This document shows positions 41,034-50,761 of a stretch of DNA of 64,000 nt, in pieces. The stretch is from Bacteroidales bacterium (GTDB lineage Bacteria > Bacteroidota > Bacteroidia > Bacteroidales > F082). The notes under the pieces were generated by a model. The model was given only the letters and a program-made list of their open reading frames with translations. It was not told the origin of the DNA and made no database searches. Numbering within the stretch: the first letter of the stretch is position 1; each line of letters begins with the position of its first letter. A program made the position numbers and the translations under genes. The stretch spans positions 3,419-67,418 of the forward strand of contig JAFTXI010000046.1 in assembly GCA_017461665.1 (NCBI GenBank). Reading direction: 5' to 3'.

Positions 41034-42332
41034 TTAAAATATTTGAATCAGCAATAGTCCTATAGCTATTCCTACAATCGTAGACACGAGTCCTGGCATC
41101 ATAAACGAGTGATTCAGAATATATTTACCGATTTTTGTTGTTCCTGTTCTGTCGAAGTTGATGGCAGCAACAATTGTTGGATAATTTGGTATGAAGAAAT
41201 AACCGTTCACTGCGGGGAAGAGCGCTATCAGCAGCATTGGGTTGAGACCGAGAGCTATGCCGAGAGGCATTATTGCGCGTACCGTAGCTGCCTGACTATA
41301 AAGGAGAATTGACATCACGAAGAGAGCAATGCCGAACAACCAAGGCATATCGGTGACGATACCCTCGATAGAACCTGTGAGTTGTGTGATGTTACCATTA
41401 ATAAATGTATCGCCCATCCAAGCAACGCCGAATATTGCGATGACAGCCTGCATACCTGCGGAGAAGACGCTACCTTGTGCAGCTTTTGCACCTGAAGTCT
41501 TGGTAACCAACAATATTATGGCAGCTGTCGATAACATCAATATTTCGATGATTGCTGGCATATCAACAGATTTGCCATCGAAAGAAGGACGCATTGCTGG
41601 AATAGAACCGAACAAAACGATAAGAACTGTTGCGAGTACGAAAAGTATGACTGAAATCTTTGCGTTAAACAAATTCTTTATCTCGCTAATTTCCACATTG
41701 TTAGAGTTAAGTTCTCCGTTTGCGAGACGCTTCTGATATTCAGGGTCGTCGACGAGTTCTTTACCAACTTTCATTGAAGCGAAAGCGCCAACCAAAACAC
41801 CAATCAAAGTAGCTGGTATTGTTATCTTAAGGATGTCGAAGAGAGTGATGTCGAAGCCCGCGAGGAGGCCGAGCAATGCTACTGTAGCAGCTGATATTGG
41901 CGAGGCAGTGATAGCTTGTTGAGAAGCGATGACTGCGATGCCGAGCGGACGCTCCGGACGAATCTTTGTCTCTCGCGCCACTTCCGCGATGACGGGTAAA
42001 ACGGAATAAGCGACGTGACCTGTTCCTGCCAAAAATGTAAACGAATAAGTGACTAATGGAGCAAGTAATGTAACATATTGAGGATGTTTTCTTAAAATCT
42101 TTTCGGCGAGTTTAACCAAAAAATCAAGACCGCCGGCAGCCTGCATTGCTCCCGCTGCTGAAATAACTGCTGCTATCATCAGCATTACGTCAATAGGTGG
42201 CGTAGTGGGTTGAAGACCAAAGACAAATGTTAAAATGGCAACACCAAGTCCACCTAAAACGCCCAAACCAATACCGCCGATGCGAGCACCGACAATAATA
42301 CAAATAAGGACAAATAATAACTGTATTAACAT
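41034..42332 (-). CDS. anaerobic C4-dicarboxylate transporter (DcuA/DcuB family)
   Basis: 432-aa polytopic protein with the typical Dcu N-terminus (QLLFVLICIIVGARIGGIGLGVLGG). Confidence 0.88.
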   Translation of the reverse strand: MLIQLLFVLICIIVGARIGGIGLGVLGGLGVAILTFVFGLQPTTPPIDVMLMIAAVISAAGAMQAAGGLDFLVKLAEKILRKHPQYVTLLAPLVTYSFTFLAGTGHVAYSVLPVIAEVARETKIRPERPLGIAVIASQQAITASPISAATVALLGLLAGFDITLFDILKITIPATLIGVLVGAFASMKVGKELVDDPEYQKRLANGELNSNNVEISEIKNLFNAKISVILFVLATVLIVLFGSIPAMRPSFDGKSVDMPAIIEILMLSTAAIILLVTKTSGAKAAQGSVFSAGMQAVIAIFGVAWMGDTFINGNITQLTGSIEGIVTDMPWLFGIALFVMSILLYSQAATVRAIMPLGIALGLNPMLLIALFPAVNGYFFIPNYPTIVAAINFDRTGTTKIGKYILNHSFMMPGLVSTIVGIAIGLLLIQIF

Positions 42333-42441
42333 AATTTTAAGTTTAATTATTCAACATCATAATGTCTCGACAAAGATAAAAATTATTTCCTTTCATGAAG
42401 TTAAACAAACGAGACATAATAATTATTATCAAAGAGTAAAA

Positions 42442-44000
42442 TTAATTTCCTTTAACAAAAAGCATTATCTTTCCATTATCCGAAACATATTTCAAGTCAA
42501 AAAATAGTTCACTCCTACCCTTGTACTTTTTATCATAAATTTCTTTTTCTACAATAACATAATCATAATCAAACGATAAGGCAGTTTCTATGGAGAGATC
42601 TTTTTCATCCATTAAAGTGTAACCTTTTCTATTCATTAAAATGAAAGGAGTGTTCTGTGGATATGAATATAATGTTAAAATCTTAGCACCTTTTGATACA
42701 TTCATTGAGTCTAAAAATTCTTCTGAACCTTGATAATTCTTTATCGTTCTTTCTGAAGCCTCTCCCCAATATTTCGCACGTCGTTTCTGTTGCATTTCTT
42801 TAACATTTATTAACATAAATACAATCAGTATCGATGATATTAAAACAGATATTGTCTTTTGAAAATAATTTGTCTTTATAGGTAATGATTTAAGTATCAG
42901 AATAAGTGATATTAACAATGGAAGGAAATAAGTATCAATGAAATAATAATCATGATTGGGAAATTGCTTTCCCATTGCAAGGGTAAACAAGGCATAAGCG
43001 AAAAACATTATTATTATTAAGAAGTAAAGTGGCAATGTTCTTTTACAATTATGATCTTCTTTACTTTTAAATTTCTTTAAACACACTGACAACATTGCAA
43101 TTACGACAATCACAATAAATGAATAGTAATGTATTTTTCCGAAGTAATGATATTGCCAATTATCTTTGGCCTTTGTCATTCTGTGCCAGAAGTCGTTCCA
43201 ATCATTTGAAGGCATTAAGTCGGTGAGAAATAACGTACCATTTAAATTTGCAATATGTTTATTCCAAAGATAGTATGTAAAAATTAACAAGAATGATGTA
43301 AGGATAGGAATTATTTTATTTCTAAATGTAGATTCTTTTCTTATGATTCTTAAAAATTCAAAACATAACAAAGCAACGTAAGTTACTGCGAATGAAGAAC
43401 GTATTAATACTGACAATGTGAGAAAAGCAATAGATAATGTGAACGATTTATTATTCACATTATCGAAATATTTTACGTAAAAGTATAAAGAAATTATTGC
43501 AAATGTTAACTCAGGAATACTGGGAATAAATCCATTAAAATAATAAGCATAAATCGGAGATGTTAAAGCGAAAGACGTAACAAACAACGACTTAACAAAA
43601 CTCTTAGTAATTTGAAACGACAATTTATACAAGAAAAATATTCCAATTAATGCGATAACAAAAGTACATGTTCTAAAAATCCAGGGCGAAGTAATTCCCG
43701 TTATTTTCATTATGATCGCGACAACATATTCCAGCAATGGGAAATCGACGGAAGTTATTGTATTGTCGTAAGTATAATTCCACCAATTAGGAAATTGTTT
43801 GTTATAAATAAATGTCTCCGGATGAAATAAATCTAAATTATTATTAACAAAACCTAATGAGCATATCTATCTGATTGCGACCATGCATGAATATAAGAAG
43901 GAAATTCATTCATGTACGGATATTGAATATAAATTCCAACAACGACAGTGAATATCAATGCTATTATCCAAAGAAATCTATTTAAATAATCACTTTTCAC
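42442..44000 (-). pseudogene. GT-C (ArnT/PMT-like) polytopic membrane glycosyltransferase-like gene interrupted by a frameshift
   Basis: The 431-aa ORF (42442-43737, TTG-started in the track) stays open upstream to a TAG at 43867-43869. A second frame running from GTG at 44000 to TAG at 43854-43856 encodes a TM helix plus AWSQSDRYA. The two frames overlap at 43857-43866. Confidence 0.5.
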
Positions 44001-44090
44001 AATCTATAGTTTAGGTCACAAAAGTAATAAATTTTTAAAGTGTATTTTTGAAAAACAATGTATTTTGCACGAAATAAATGATGATATTTT

Positions 44091-44156
44091 ATGAGAAAGA
44101 TTTTCCTATTTGCAGTCTTAATGATATTGAATATTTCATTTTTTGCCCAGAACTAA
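44091..44156 (+). pseudogene. remnant: a promoter and signal peptide followed by an immediate stop
   Basis: TAnnTTTG at 44043-44050, then MRKIFLFAVLMILNISFFAQN and a stop. All frames downstream are stop-rich. Confidence 0.3.
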
Positions 44157-44350
44157 AAACCATTTTTAATTCCTGAGATAAAACATTGGAATCATAAATA
44201 ACAATTTTATTATCAACAATAAAACCTTAATCTTATGTTGCGAAATAATGAAGATGTGCTAAAAGTAGCGAATCTGTTTTCTTCAGATTACGAAAAATGT
44301 TTAAGACAAAACTGTCATCAAGAATTTCGTTGAAATAATCGAGAGTAATA

Positions 44351-44683
44351 TTAGTATTCAATTATACGGTTCTCTCCGTTTTTCATTATTAGAAGAATAT
44401 ATTCCTTTGGAGCAGACTTAGATTGTTTCCGTTCTTCATTCTCAATATAATATTTACGCCAAAAGGCTTCCTTAACTCCTTCTTCAGCAATGATTTTGAT
44501 GAGATTGTTTTTCCTGTCTCTCACCTCGCTCTTGCCAGAATTGTACGTTATCACAAATAATGTTTCATCTTTATCAAAATCGGCATGATTCACAGCTTCG
44601 CCATTTCCGACCTTACGAAGCACCGTGCCACTGTCAGTTCTTATGTACGCCTGACCATCAGGTTTTATTTCAAAATAATTCAT
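44351..44683 (-). CDS. hypothetical protein (110 aa)
   Basis: Clean ORF with protein-like composition. No recognisable motif. Confidence 0.4.
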   Translation of the reverse strand: MNYFEIKPDGQAYIRTDSGTVLRKVGNGEAVNHADFDKDETLFVITYNSGKSEVRDRKNNLIKIIAEEGVKEAFWRKYYIENEERKQSKSAPKEYILLIMKNGENRIIEY

Positions 44684-44746
44684 AACTTTTTATTTTAGTT
44701 TATATTAAATATTAACAAGTTAAATGTTTCTTTTGTTTTAAATCAC

Positions 44747-45070
44747 CTAAATATTTACTCTATAAATAACTTTCTGAACTTCTGAAGTTCTGAGTTTTTT
44801 AATCTTAACAACAACGCCTTCCGCTTCAAGAAGTTCTTTTTGTTTTTCAATTCCTCCAAAACCAAAGTTCTTTGCTAATTCACCTTTTGAGTTGACAACT
44901 CTGTGACACGGCACTATTATCGGCGTAGGATTATTGTGTAAGATATTCCCAACCACTCTCGCAAGATTCTTGTTACCAAGTCTTTCAGCAATCTGTCCGT
45001 ATGTCATCACGCTGCCTCGTGGAATGTCGCTCACAATTTCATATACTTTATCTGAAAGTTTAGAGTTCAT
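44747..45070 (-). CDS. MGMT family protein (methylated-DNA-protein-cysteine methyltransferase DNA-binding/active-site domain only)
   Basis: 107 aa with the PCHRVV active-site motif and the YGQIA helix. It lacks the Ada/Ogt N-terminal domain. Confidence 0.85.
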   Translation of the reverse strand: MNSKLSDKVYEIVSDIPRGSVMTYGQIAERLGNKNLARVVGNILHNNPTPIIVPCHRVVNSKGELAKNFGFGGIEKQKELLEAEGVVVKIKKLRTSEVQKVIYRVNI

Positions 45071-45109
45071 AGTTTATATTTTGAAGTTCTGAAGTTCTAA
45101 AGTTTATAA

Positions 45110-47149
45110 TTACTCTGTTATCACAGAAAACTCTGCTATGCCACAGTTTCTACTATTATCCGTGTTGCTCTTGGGAACAAATCGCACGCTCTTTCCTTCT
45201 ACTGCATCGAACTTCACGACTTGTTCTATTGGATTATTTTTAATGTTTCCAAAAGCTCCCGATTTAACCAGTTTTCCGTCAACATAAAATTCATAATCTA
45301 CGATATGACGCGATGCATCACGACTTTGATTTGGAGTATATCTGAATCCAGTAATCACTTGTTTCTCTTTAAATTCAATTATAACCGGCTCATTGTTATC
45401 AATATACATAGTCGAATATACATTGGCGTCGATCATCTTCTTGCTTCCTTCATTAGGTTCTATAATGTTAAAGAAATCGTGTGATAAGTCAATTTCTTTC
45501 GTTGCAACAGCGCTTTTATTTTTGGATTCAATATCGTAAACGACAGCTTTTATTACACCTTTCTTGTTATATATAAATGGCTTATCATATTTTAAAGAAT
45601 TTTTGTTTGGAGCAGAACCATCGATTGTGTAAAAAATAGCAGCGTCTTTGTCGGATGTCTCAATCTTCACATAATTGTCATAATCGCGAGTGATGACAGG
45701 TTCCGTCAGTAGAACAGGTGCATAATAAGCTTCGATATTATTTATACATAACGGTCCTCTGCTTTCTTCAAAATAGATTATCAACTTATCAAGTTCAACT
45801 GTATTGAAACGTACGATTCTTTTGTAACCAATCGTCGATAAAGTATCAGAAGGATTTATCTTAAACCATTTTCCATTAAGTTCTCCTTCTATATAAAATT
45901 TTTTAACTCGTTGACCGAGAGGAATATATTCCTGAAGCACTACTCTATTCATCTTCACCGGTTCATCGAAAGAAAACGAGATAGTTCCGACGTTATAGTC
46001 GTCTTCGGTTGCCCAATATGTATCCCAATTATCGTCTATCACATTCTCAGCCTTAAATTTACGACCTCTTTCGTTATCAATATTTATCTTTGCATCTTTC
46101 AGAAGGTTGTCTTTCAAGTCGTTGGAAATCACATTATACCATTCAACGGCTCTTGCCGAGTCTTGAGCAGGAATCTTTCCATCAAGGTTTATAGGGAAGT
46201 TAAGAAGCAGATTTGCATTATGACCGACGCTACGATAATAAATATCAGTCATTTGTGACAGCGACTTCAGTTGATGGTCTTCTCTTTTATGATAGAACCA
46301 ACCAGGACGTATCGAAACATCTACTTCAGCAGGAATCCAATGTGTTCCATTTTCATCACCGTAAGTTAAATAAAAATGATTATCTTGATGATGTTCAGGA
46401 TTTATCATGCACCAGTCTGTATCGCCAGCCCAGCCTTGTTCATTGCCGACCCAACGTATTGTCTGACAAGTTCCTCCAAAAATCATCGCGTTAGGATGTC
46501 TTTTTAAAATGCTATCGCGGGCGCGCTCATAATCGTAATATTCCTTTGCATTTATGGAACGTGTTTCGTTAGCGCCTCCGTAAAAACCGTTTCCGCCGTT
46601 GGCCCCATCGAACCAAAACTCAAAAAGTTCTCCGTAGCTAGATGTAAGTTCGTCAATTTGTTTATGATAAGTTTCAACATAACCTTCGCGACCATATTCA
46701 GCATGATTTCTATCCCAAGGCGAAAGATAGAGTCCGAATTTAAGTCCGTGTTTCCTGCATGCGTCGGAGAGTTCTTTCACCATGTCGCCTTTGCCGTTTT
46801 TATAAGGAGAATTAGCGATACTGTAATCTGTTGTTTTCGTTTGCCATAAACAGAATCCGTCGTGATGTTTAGCGGTGAGAATCACGCCTTTCATGCCACA
46901 TTTTTTCAAAGTAGCGACCCATTGTTCGCAGTCTAAGTTTGTCGGGGTGAAAGTAGAAGCAGGAGTATCGCCATAACCCCATTCTAAATCGTTGTAAGTA
47001 TTAAGTCCAAAATGAATGAAAGCGTATGTCTCAAGTTTGTGCCATTCAATCTGTTGTTCCGTTGGAATCGGAGTAACGATTTGCAGATCATCAGCACATG
47101 AAGATAATAATGTAACTGTCAGAAGATAAAGTAGTGTTTTTTTCATCAT
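45110..47149 (-). CDS. alpha-L-fucosidase (GH29) with C-terminal F5/8 type C (discoidin) domains
   Basis: Lipobox LLSSC. GH29 core (FIHFGLNTY, AKHHDGFCLW, YLSPWDRN). The C-terminal repeats resemble discoidin/CBM32. Confidence 0.88.
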   Translation of the reverse strand: MMKKTLLYLLTVTLLSSCADDLQIVTPIPTEQQIEWHKLETYAFIHFGLNTYNDLEWGYGDTPASTFTPTNLDCEQWVATLKKCGMKGVILTAKHHDGFCLWQTKTTDYSIANSPYKNGKGDMVKELSDACRKHGLKFGLYLSPWDRNHAEYGREGYVETYHKQIDELTSSYGELFEFWFDGANGGNGFYGGANETRSINAKEYYDYERARDSILKRHPNAMIFGGTCQTIRWVGNEQGWAGDTDWCMINPEHHQDNHFYLTYGDENGTHWIPAEVDVSIRPGWFYHKREDHQLKSLSQMTDIYYRSVGHNANLLLNFPINLDGKIPAQDSARAVEWYNVISNDLKDNLLKDAKINIDNERGRKFKAENVIDDNWDTYWATEDDYNVGTISFSFDEPVKMNRVVLQEYIPLGQRVKKFYIEGELNGKWFKINPSDTLSTIGYKRIVRFNTVELDKLIIYFEESRGPLCINNIEAYYAPVLLTEPVITRDYDNYVKIETSDKDAAIFYTIDGSAPNKNSLKYDKPFIYNKKGVIKAVVYDIESKNKSAVATKEIDLSHDFFNIIEPNEGSKKMIDANVYSTMYIDNNEPVIIEFKEKQVITGFRYTPNQSRDASRHIVDYEFYVDGKLVKSGAFGNIKNNPIEQVVKFDAVEGKSVRFVPKSNTDNSRNCGIAEFSVITE

Positions 47150-47222
47150 TATTGTTTTATATAAGCCTTACAAAGGTAATAAAAAATCCTAATATTATTT
47201 CTATTTTTTCTAAAGAAATTGT

Positions 47223-47230
47223 TATCTTTG
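47223..47230 (+). promoter_or_regulatory. -7 promoter motif (tatctttg)
   Basis: TAnnTTTG 21 nt upstream of the ATG at 47251. Confidence 0.45.
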
Positions 47231-47250
47231 TCAGACAAAATTTTAACAGA

Positions 47251-48123
47251 ATGAAAATAATACTATCGACTGATTTCACCGATGAAAACAAGGTTCTTCT
47301 CCCCTACGCTATTGATTTTTTGAAAGATGCTGGTGGCGAAATAATCGTTTTTCACGCTTATATGGATAATGTCTTTGTTGGAAGCAATTGTTATCCAGGC
47401 AATATGGATACCGACAATTATTTTACTACGGAGATTCTTATTGAACTAGAGAAGAACTCGCAGGAGATTATGAAGGAAAAGACTGAGTTTCTCGTCAATA
47501 TGATTGAGGAACAAGGTGCCGATAACATTAAAGTACGTTCTATTTTAGTGAGTGGCGACCCAGAAGAAGAGTTGATAGAATTATCCAAGAAAGAAAATCC
47601 TGACCTTATATTAATAGGTACTCGCGGTAAAGGAGGCAAGCGTTTCCTTGAAGGCAGTCTCGTTAAAAGCGTGATGACAAAATGCGATGTCCCTATGCTT
47701 TTCATTCCTGAAGGATACAATTGGAGAGAGAGCAAGGAAGTTGTCTACGCGACAGATTTCAGCGAAAACGACATAATAACTATCGATAGAATTTTCAGCA
47801 TCTTGAAACCTTACAAACCGCATATCCATGTCATTCATTTCGTAGAGAACTCAGAGAGTCAAGAAGAAGCTATAAAAATGGAGAACTTAGAGAAGGAATT
47901 TCTTGATAAAGATTTTGATGGAGAAATACATTTTCAACTCGTACATACAACAAACGCTCCCCAGGCTCTTAAGATATTCTGCGAACGCAACGACATAAGT
48001 CTTAGCTCATTTATCGCCTATAAAAAAGGGTTCTTTGACTTTATATTTAAGGATAAGCTCGACAAAGACGACTTCTTGAATCTTAATATCCCAATGCTTA
48101 CGTTTAAGGAAATTGACAATTGA
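47251..48123 (+). CDS. tandem universal stress protein (UspA family)
   Basis: Two Usp halves, with a GTRGKGG ATP-loop in the first. The ATG at 47251 was chosen because the track start lies upstream of the promoter motif and overlaps the fucosidase gene. Confidence 0.8.
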   Translation: MKIILSTDFTDENKVLLPYAIDFLKDAGGEIIVFHAYMDNVFVGSNCYPGNMDTDNYFTTEILIELEKNSQEIMKEKTEFLVNMIEEQGADNIKVRSILVSGDPEEELIELSKKENPDLILIGTRGKGGKRFLEGSLVKSVMTKCDVPMLFIPEGYNWRESKEVVYATDFSENDIITIDRIFSILKPYKPHIHVIHFVENSESQEEAIKMENLEKEFLDKDFDGEIHFQLVHTTNAPQALKIFCERNDISLSSFIAYKKGFFDFIFKDKLDKDDFLNLNIPMLTFKEIDN

Positions 48124-48219
48124 TAATAAACAATGTACAATTTAGGGATGCACTAATTAACTAATTGAAAATAAATAAAATGTAATTGTTGCGCCTCAAC
48201 AGCAACCAATTTATTAACC

Positions 48220-48819
48220 ATGAGAAAAGTTTTATTACTTGTATTTGCAGTTTTATCGCTCAGCGTATTTGCTCAAGACAATGTAAAAGAAAAGAAATTG
48301 TTTAATGGATATGACGGCGGCATGATGCTTCATGCTGGTTATGTTTCAACTAATGTCAGGTCGTTGGATTATAAACCAGAAGGTGTGACGAAAGGTATTG
48401 GTGGCGCGATAAGGTTTCATCTTGGGAATCACTATCGTATTGGAACAGAAGGTTATGTCTCCACCTTAGGTCTTATGGATAACGGCAGTTATATGAAGAC
48501 GTTCTGGGCTGGATTGTTAAATGATTTTTATTGGCAGTTCGGGAAATTTATGCCATACGTCGGTTTAACCATCGGCTGCGGTGCATTGACCGATTGTTTC
48601 ATTTTTGAAGGCGACAATCACGATTGGAATCCTGAGACTGAAGTCGTTATCAACAAAGAACCATTCTTTGCCATCGACCCTATGATTGGCTGCGAGTATT
48701 GTCTGTCCGATGCCATGCACCTCACATTAAAAATAGATTTCCTCACTGGTTTTGGCAGTGAGAATTTATTTCTTCCAATGGGACCTCGATGCTATATAGG
48801 ATTTATTTTCTCTCATTAG
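48220..48819 (+). CDS. secreted/outer-membrane small beta-barrel-like protein, unknown function
   Basis: Signal peptide ending VFAQD. G/Y-rich alternating strands. Confidence 0.45.
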   Translation: MRKVLLLVFAVLSLSVFAQDNVKEKKLFNGYDGGMMLHAGYVSTNVRSLDYKPEGVTKGIGGAIRFHLGNHYRIGTEGYVSTLGLMDNGSYMKTFWAGLLNDFYWQFGKFMPYVGLTIGCGALTDCFIFEGDNHDWNPETEVVINKEPFFAIDPMIGCEYCLSDAMHLTLKIDFLTGFGSENLFLPMGPRCYIGFIFSH

Positions 48820-48873
48820 GAAGACTACGAGACCACGAGGAATATGACGTGAGATATCGTTGTCTTGTTGACT

Positions 48874-49761
48874 TCATTTCCCCCGATATTCTTTCGGCGA
48901 CAATCCTGTTACTCTCTTGAAATATTTTCCAAATACAGATTGTGATGGGAAGTTAAGTTCGTCGCTTATCTGTTGTATCGTCATCTTGGTAGATAAAAGC
49001 AGCGACTTGGCTTCTGCAATGACATATTCTTCAATGAGATCCAAGGCTGTCTTTCCGTGAAGGTCCTTGACGACTTGCGAGAGATATTTCGGAGTGATAC
49101 ACATCTTGTCGGCATAAAAATAGACTTCTCTTTCTTTCTTGTGATGCTTCTCCAAAAGTTCAATGAAAGTCTGCAAAATATCGTCTTGTCTGTTGGTCGC
49201 TGTCTTCACCTCTTTCACGTCATGTTTCTGATGTGAATATCCATAAAACATTGACAAAGTGAGATGTCGTGCAGCTTCGAGTTTATACTCTTGGCGCGGC
49301 GACGATGCAATGTTTAAGAGTAATTGATAAAACTGACCGAAGACGTTTTCTTCGTTGGCGATCTTCATGACAGGATTTTTTACGATAGATGACTGCAAAG
49401 GCAAGATCTCTCCCGAATTGATGAACAAACTGTCTGAGAATGAACGCGACATCAATATTATCTTACTTCTCAAATCATCGGAATGTCCTAAAGGCTGATA
49501 TATCTGGTCGTTGAGAACTACGAGTACCGATGGCGCTTCGACATGATACTCTTTCATGTTAATTTTCAGGTTGGCACTCCCCTTTTCATAAATTATCGCC
49601 ATTGTCATATCGACCTTAAAAGGTTCGTAGTCGAGACTTAATTCAGCTCGGGAGGCGTGATTGTCGTCGATGAGCAAGATGTCCGTTCCGATGCGATGGT
49701 CGTCGGGCGTGATTTGCTCAATCCTGTTGCGCCATTTCAAATATGAGATTTTCTTGTTCAT
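48874..49761 (-). CDS. AraC family transcriptional regulator
   Basis: C-terminal HTH_18 (ISDELNFPSQSVFGKYFKRVTGLSPKEYR). Confidence 0.88.
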   Translation of the reverse strand: MNKKISYLKWRNRIEQITPDDHRIGTDILLIDDNHASRAELSLDYEPFKVDMTMAIIYEKGSANLKINMKEYHVEAPSVLVVLNDQIYQPLGHSDDLRSKIILMSRSFSDSLFINSGEILPLQSSIVKNPVMKIANEENVFGQFYQLLLNIASSPRQEYKLEAARHLTLSMFYGYSHQKHDVKEVKTATNRQDDILQTFIELLEKHHKKEREVYFYADKMCITPKYLSQVVKDLHGKTALDLIEEYVIAEAKSLLLSTKMTIQQISDELNFPSQSVFGKYFKRVTGLSPKEYRGK

Positions 49762-50606
49762 TTCGTTTTCTCCCTATATTCTGTTGGCGACATTCCAGTG
49801 ACGCGTTTAAAAAACTTACCAAAAACCGAACATGATGGGAAATGCATCATCCTGCTTATTTGTTGGACACTCATATCCGTAGAAGAAAGTAAAGCTTCGC
49901 ATTCTATCATGGTCTGCCTGTCGATATAATCGTTTGCTGTCATTCCTGTCTTCTCTTTCACAATCTCTGTCAAGTATTTAGAGCTTACGCCGAGACGTCC
50001 GGAGTAAAAAGGAATGGTTCTGTTGATGACGAAATAGTTTCTCACGTCATCGCAGAATCTGTCGAAAATGACTTCTTTTTTCTTTTTATCATGGACTACA
50101 TTTTCCAGTCGGCGTGCGTAATAATACAACATCGAAAGTGTTAGATGTTTCGCCGATTCGAAGCGTCCTGCTTTAAACGGCGACTTCACGGCATGAAGTA
50201 ACATCTTATAATAAGTGTTGAAAGAAATCATGTCGGAACTGATGTCGATGACAGGATTCTCTTCTATCATCTTACGAAGAAATGGCGAGCCCATATCGAC
50301 GGTAAACTTCTTCGACATGATGATTACCCTTACTGAAAGGTCGGCGGAAGCCTCTAAGAAACAATACGTTTGATTTGAAAGCACTGCCGCTATGCATGGC
50401 GACTGCACTCTGTATTCTTTTCCATCGACGATGGCGCGACTGTTTCCCTTATCCATTAATATAAAGGTGTTGACATCAACTTTTCGAGGCACATTTTCTG
50501 AATCTTTAAGATCAATATTCTCTAAAATTATCAAGTCATCGCCTATCCTCATATTCTCCGGCACGCTTTCCTTTATCTTCGACTGCCAATCAAAATAATT
50601 TTCCAT
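49758..50606 (-). CDS. AraC family transcriptional regulator (paralog of the downstream gene)
   Basis: C-terminal HTH_18 (ISRMMHFPSCSVFGKFFKRVTGMSPTEYR). ATGA stop/start overlap with the next gene. Confidence 0.88.
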   Translation of the reverse strand: MENYFDWQSKIKESVPENMRIGDDLIILENIDLKDSENVPRKVDVNTFILMDKGNSRAIVDGKEYRVQSPCIAAVLSNQTYCFLEASADLSVRVIIMSKKFTVDMGSPFLRKMIEENPVIDISSDMISFNTYYKMLLHAVKSPFKAGRFESAKHLTLSMLYYYARRLENVVHDKKKKEVIFDRFCDDVRNYFVINRTIPFYSGRLGVSSKYLTEIVKEKTGMTANDYIDRQTMIECEALLSSTDMSVQQISRMMHFPSCSVFGKFFKRVTGMSPTEYREKTK

Positions 50607-50728
50607 CTCGTTTCATTTTTTCGCAAAAATACACAAAAAGAAATATACAGAAGCATAATCAAATCCATTTTAGGACAAATATACCAACAAGTAAGAAAAA
50701 TAGGAAAAACCATCTGATTTTATAGATA

Positions 50729-50736
50729 TATTTTTG
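50729..50736 (+). promoter_or_regulatory. -7 promoter motif (tatttttg)
   Basis: TAnnTTTG 26 nt upstream of the ATG at 50762. Confidence 0.45.
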
Positions 50737-50761
50737 CAGACTCAAACAAACACATAACGAA

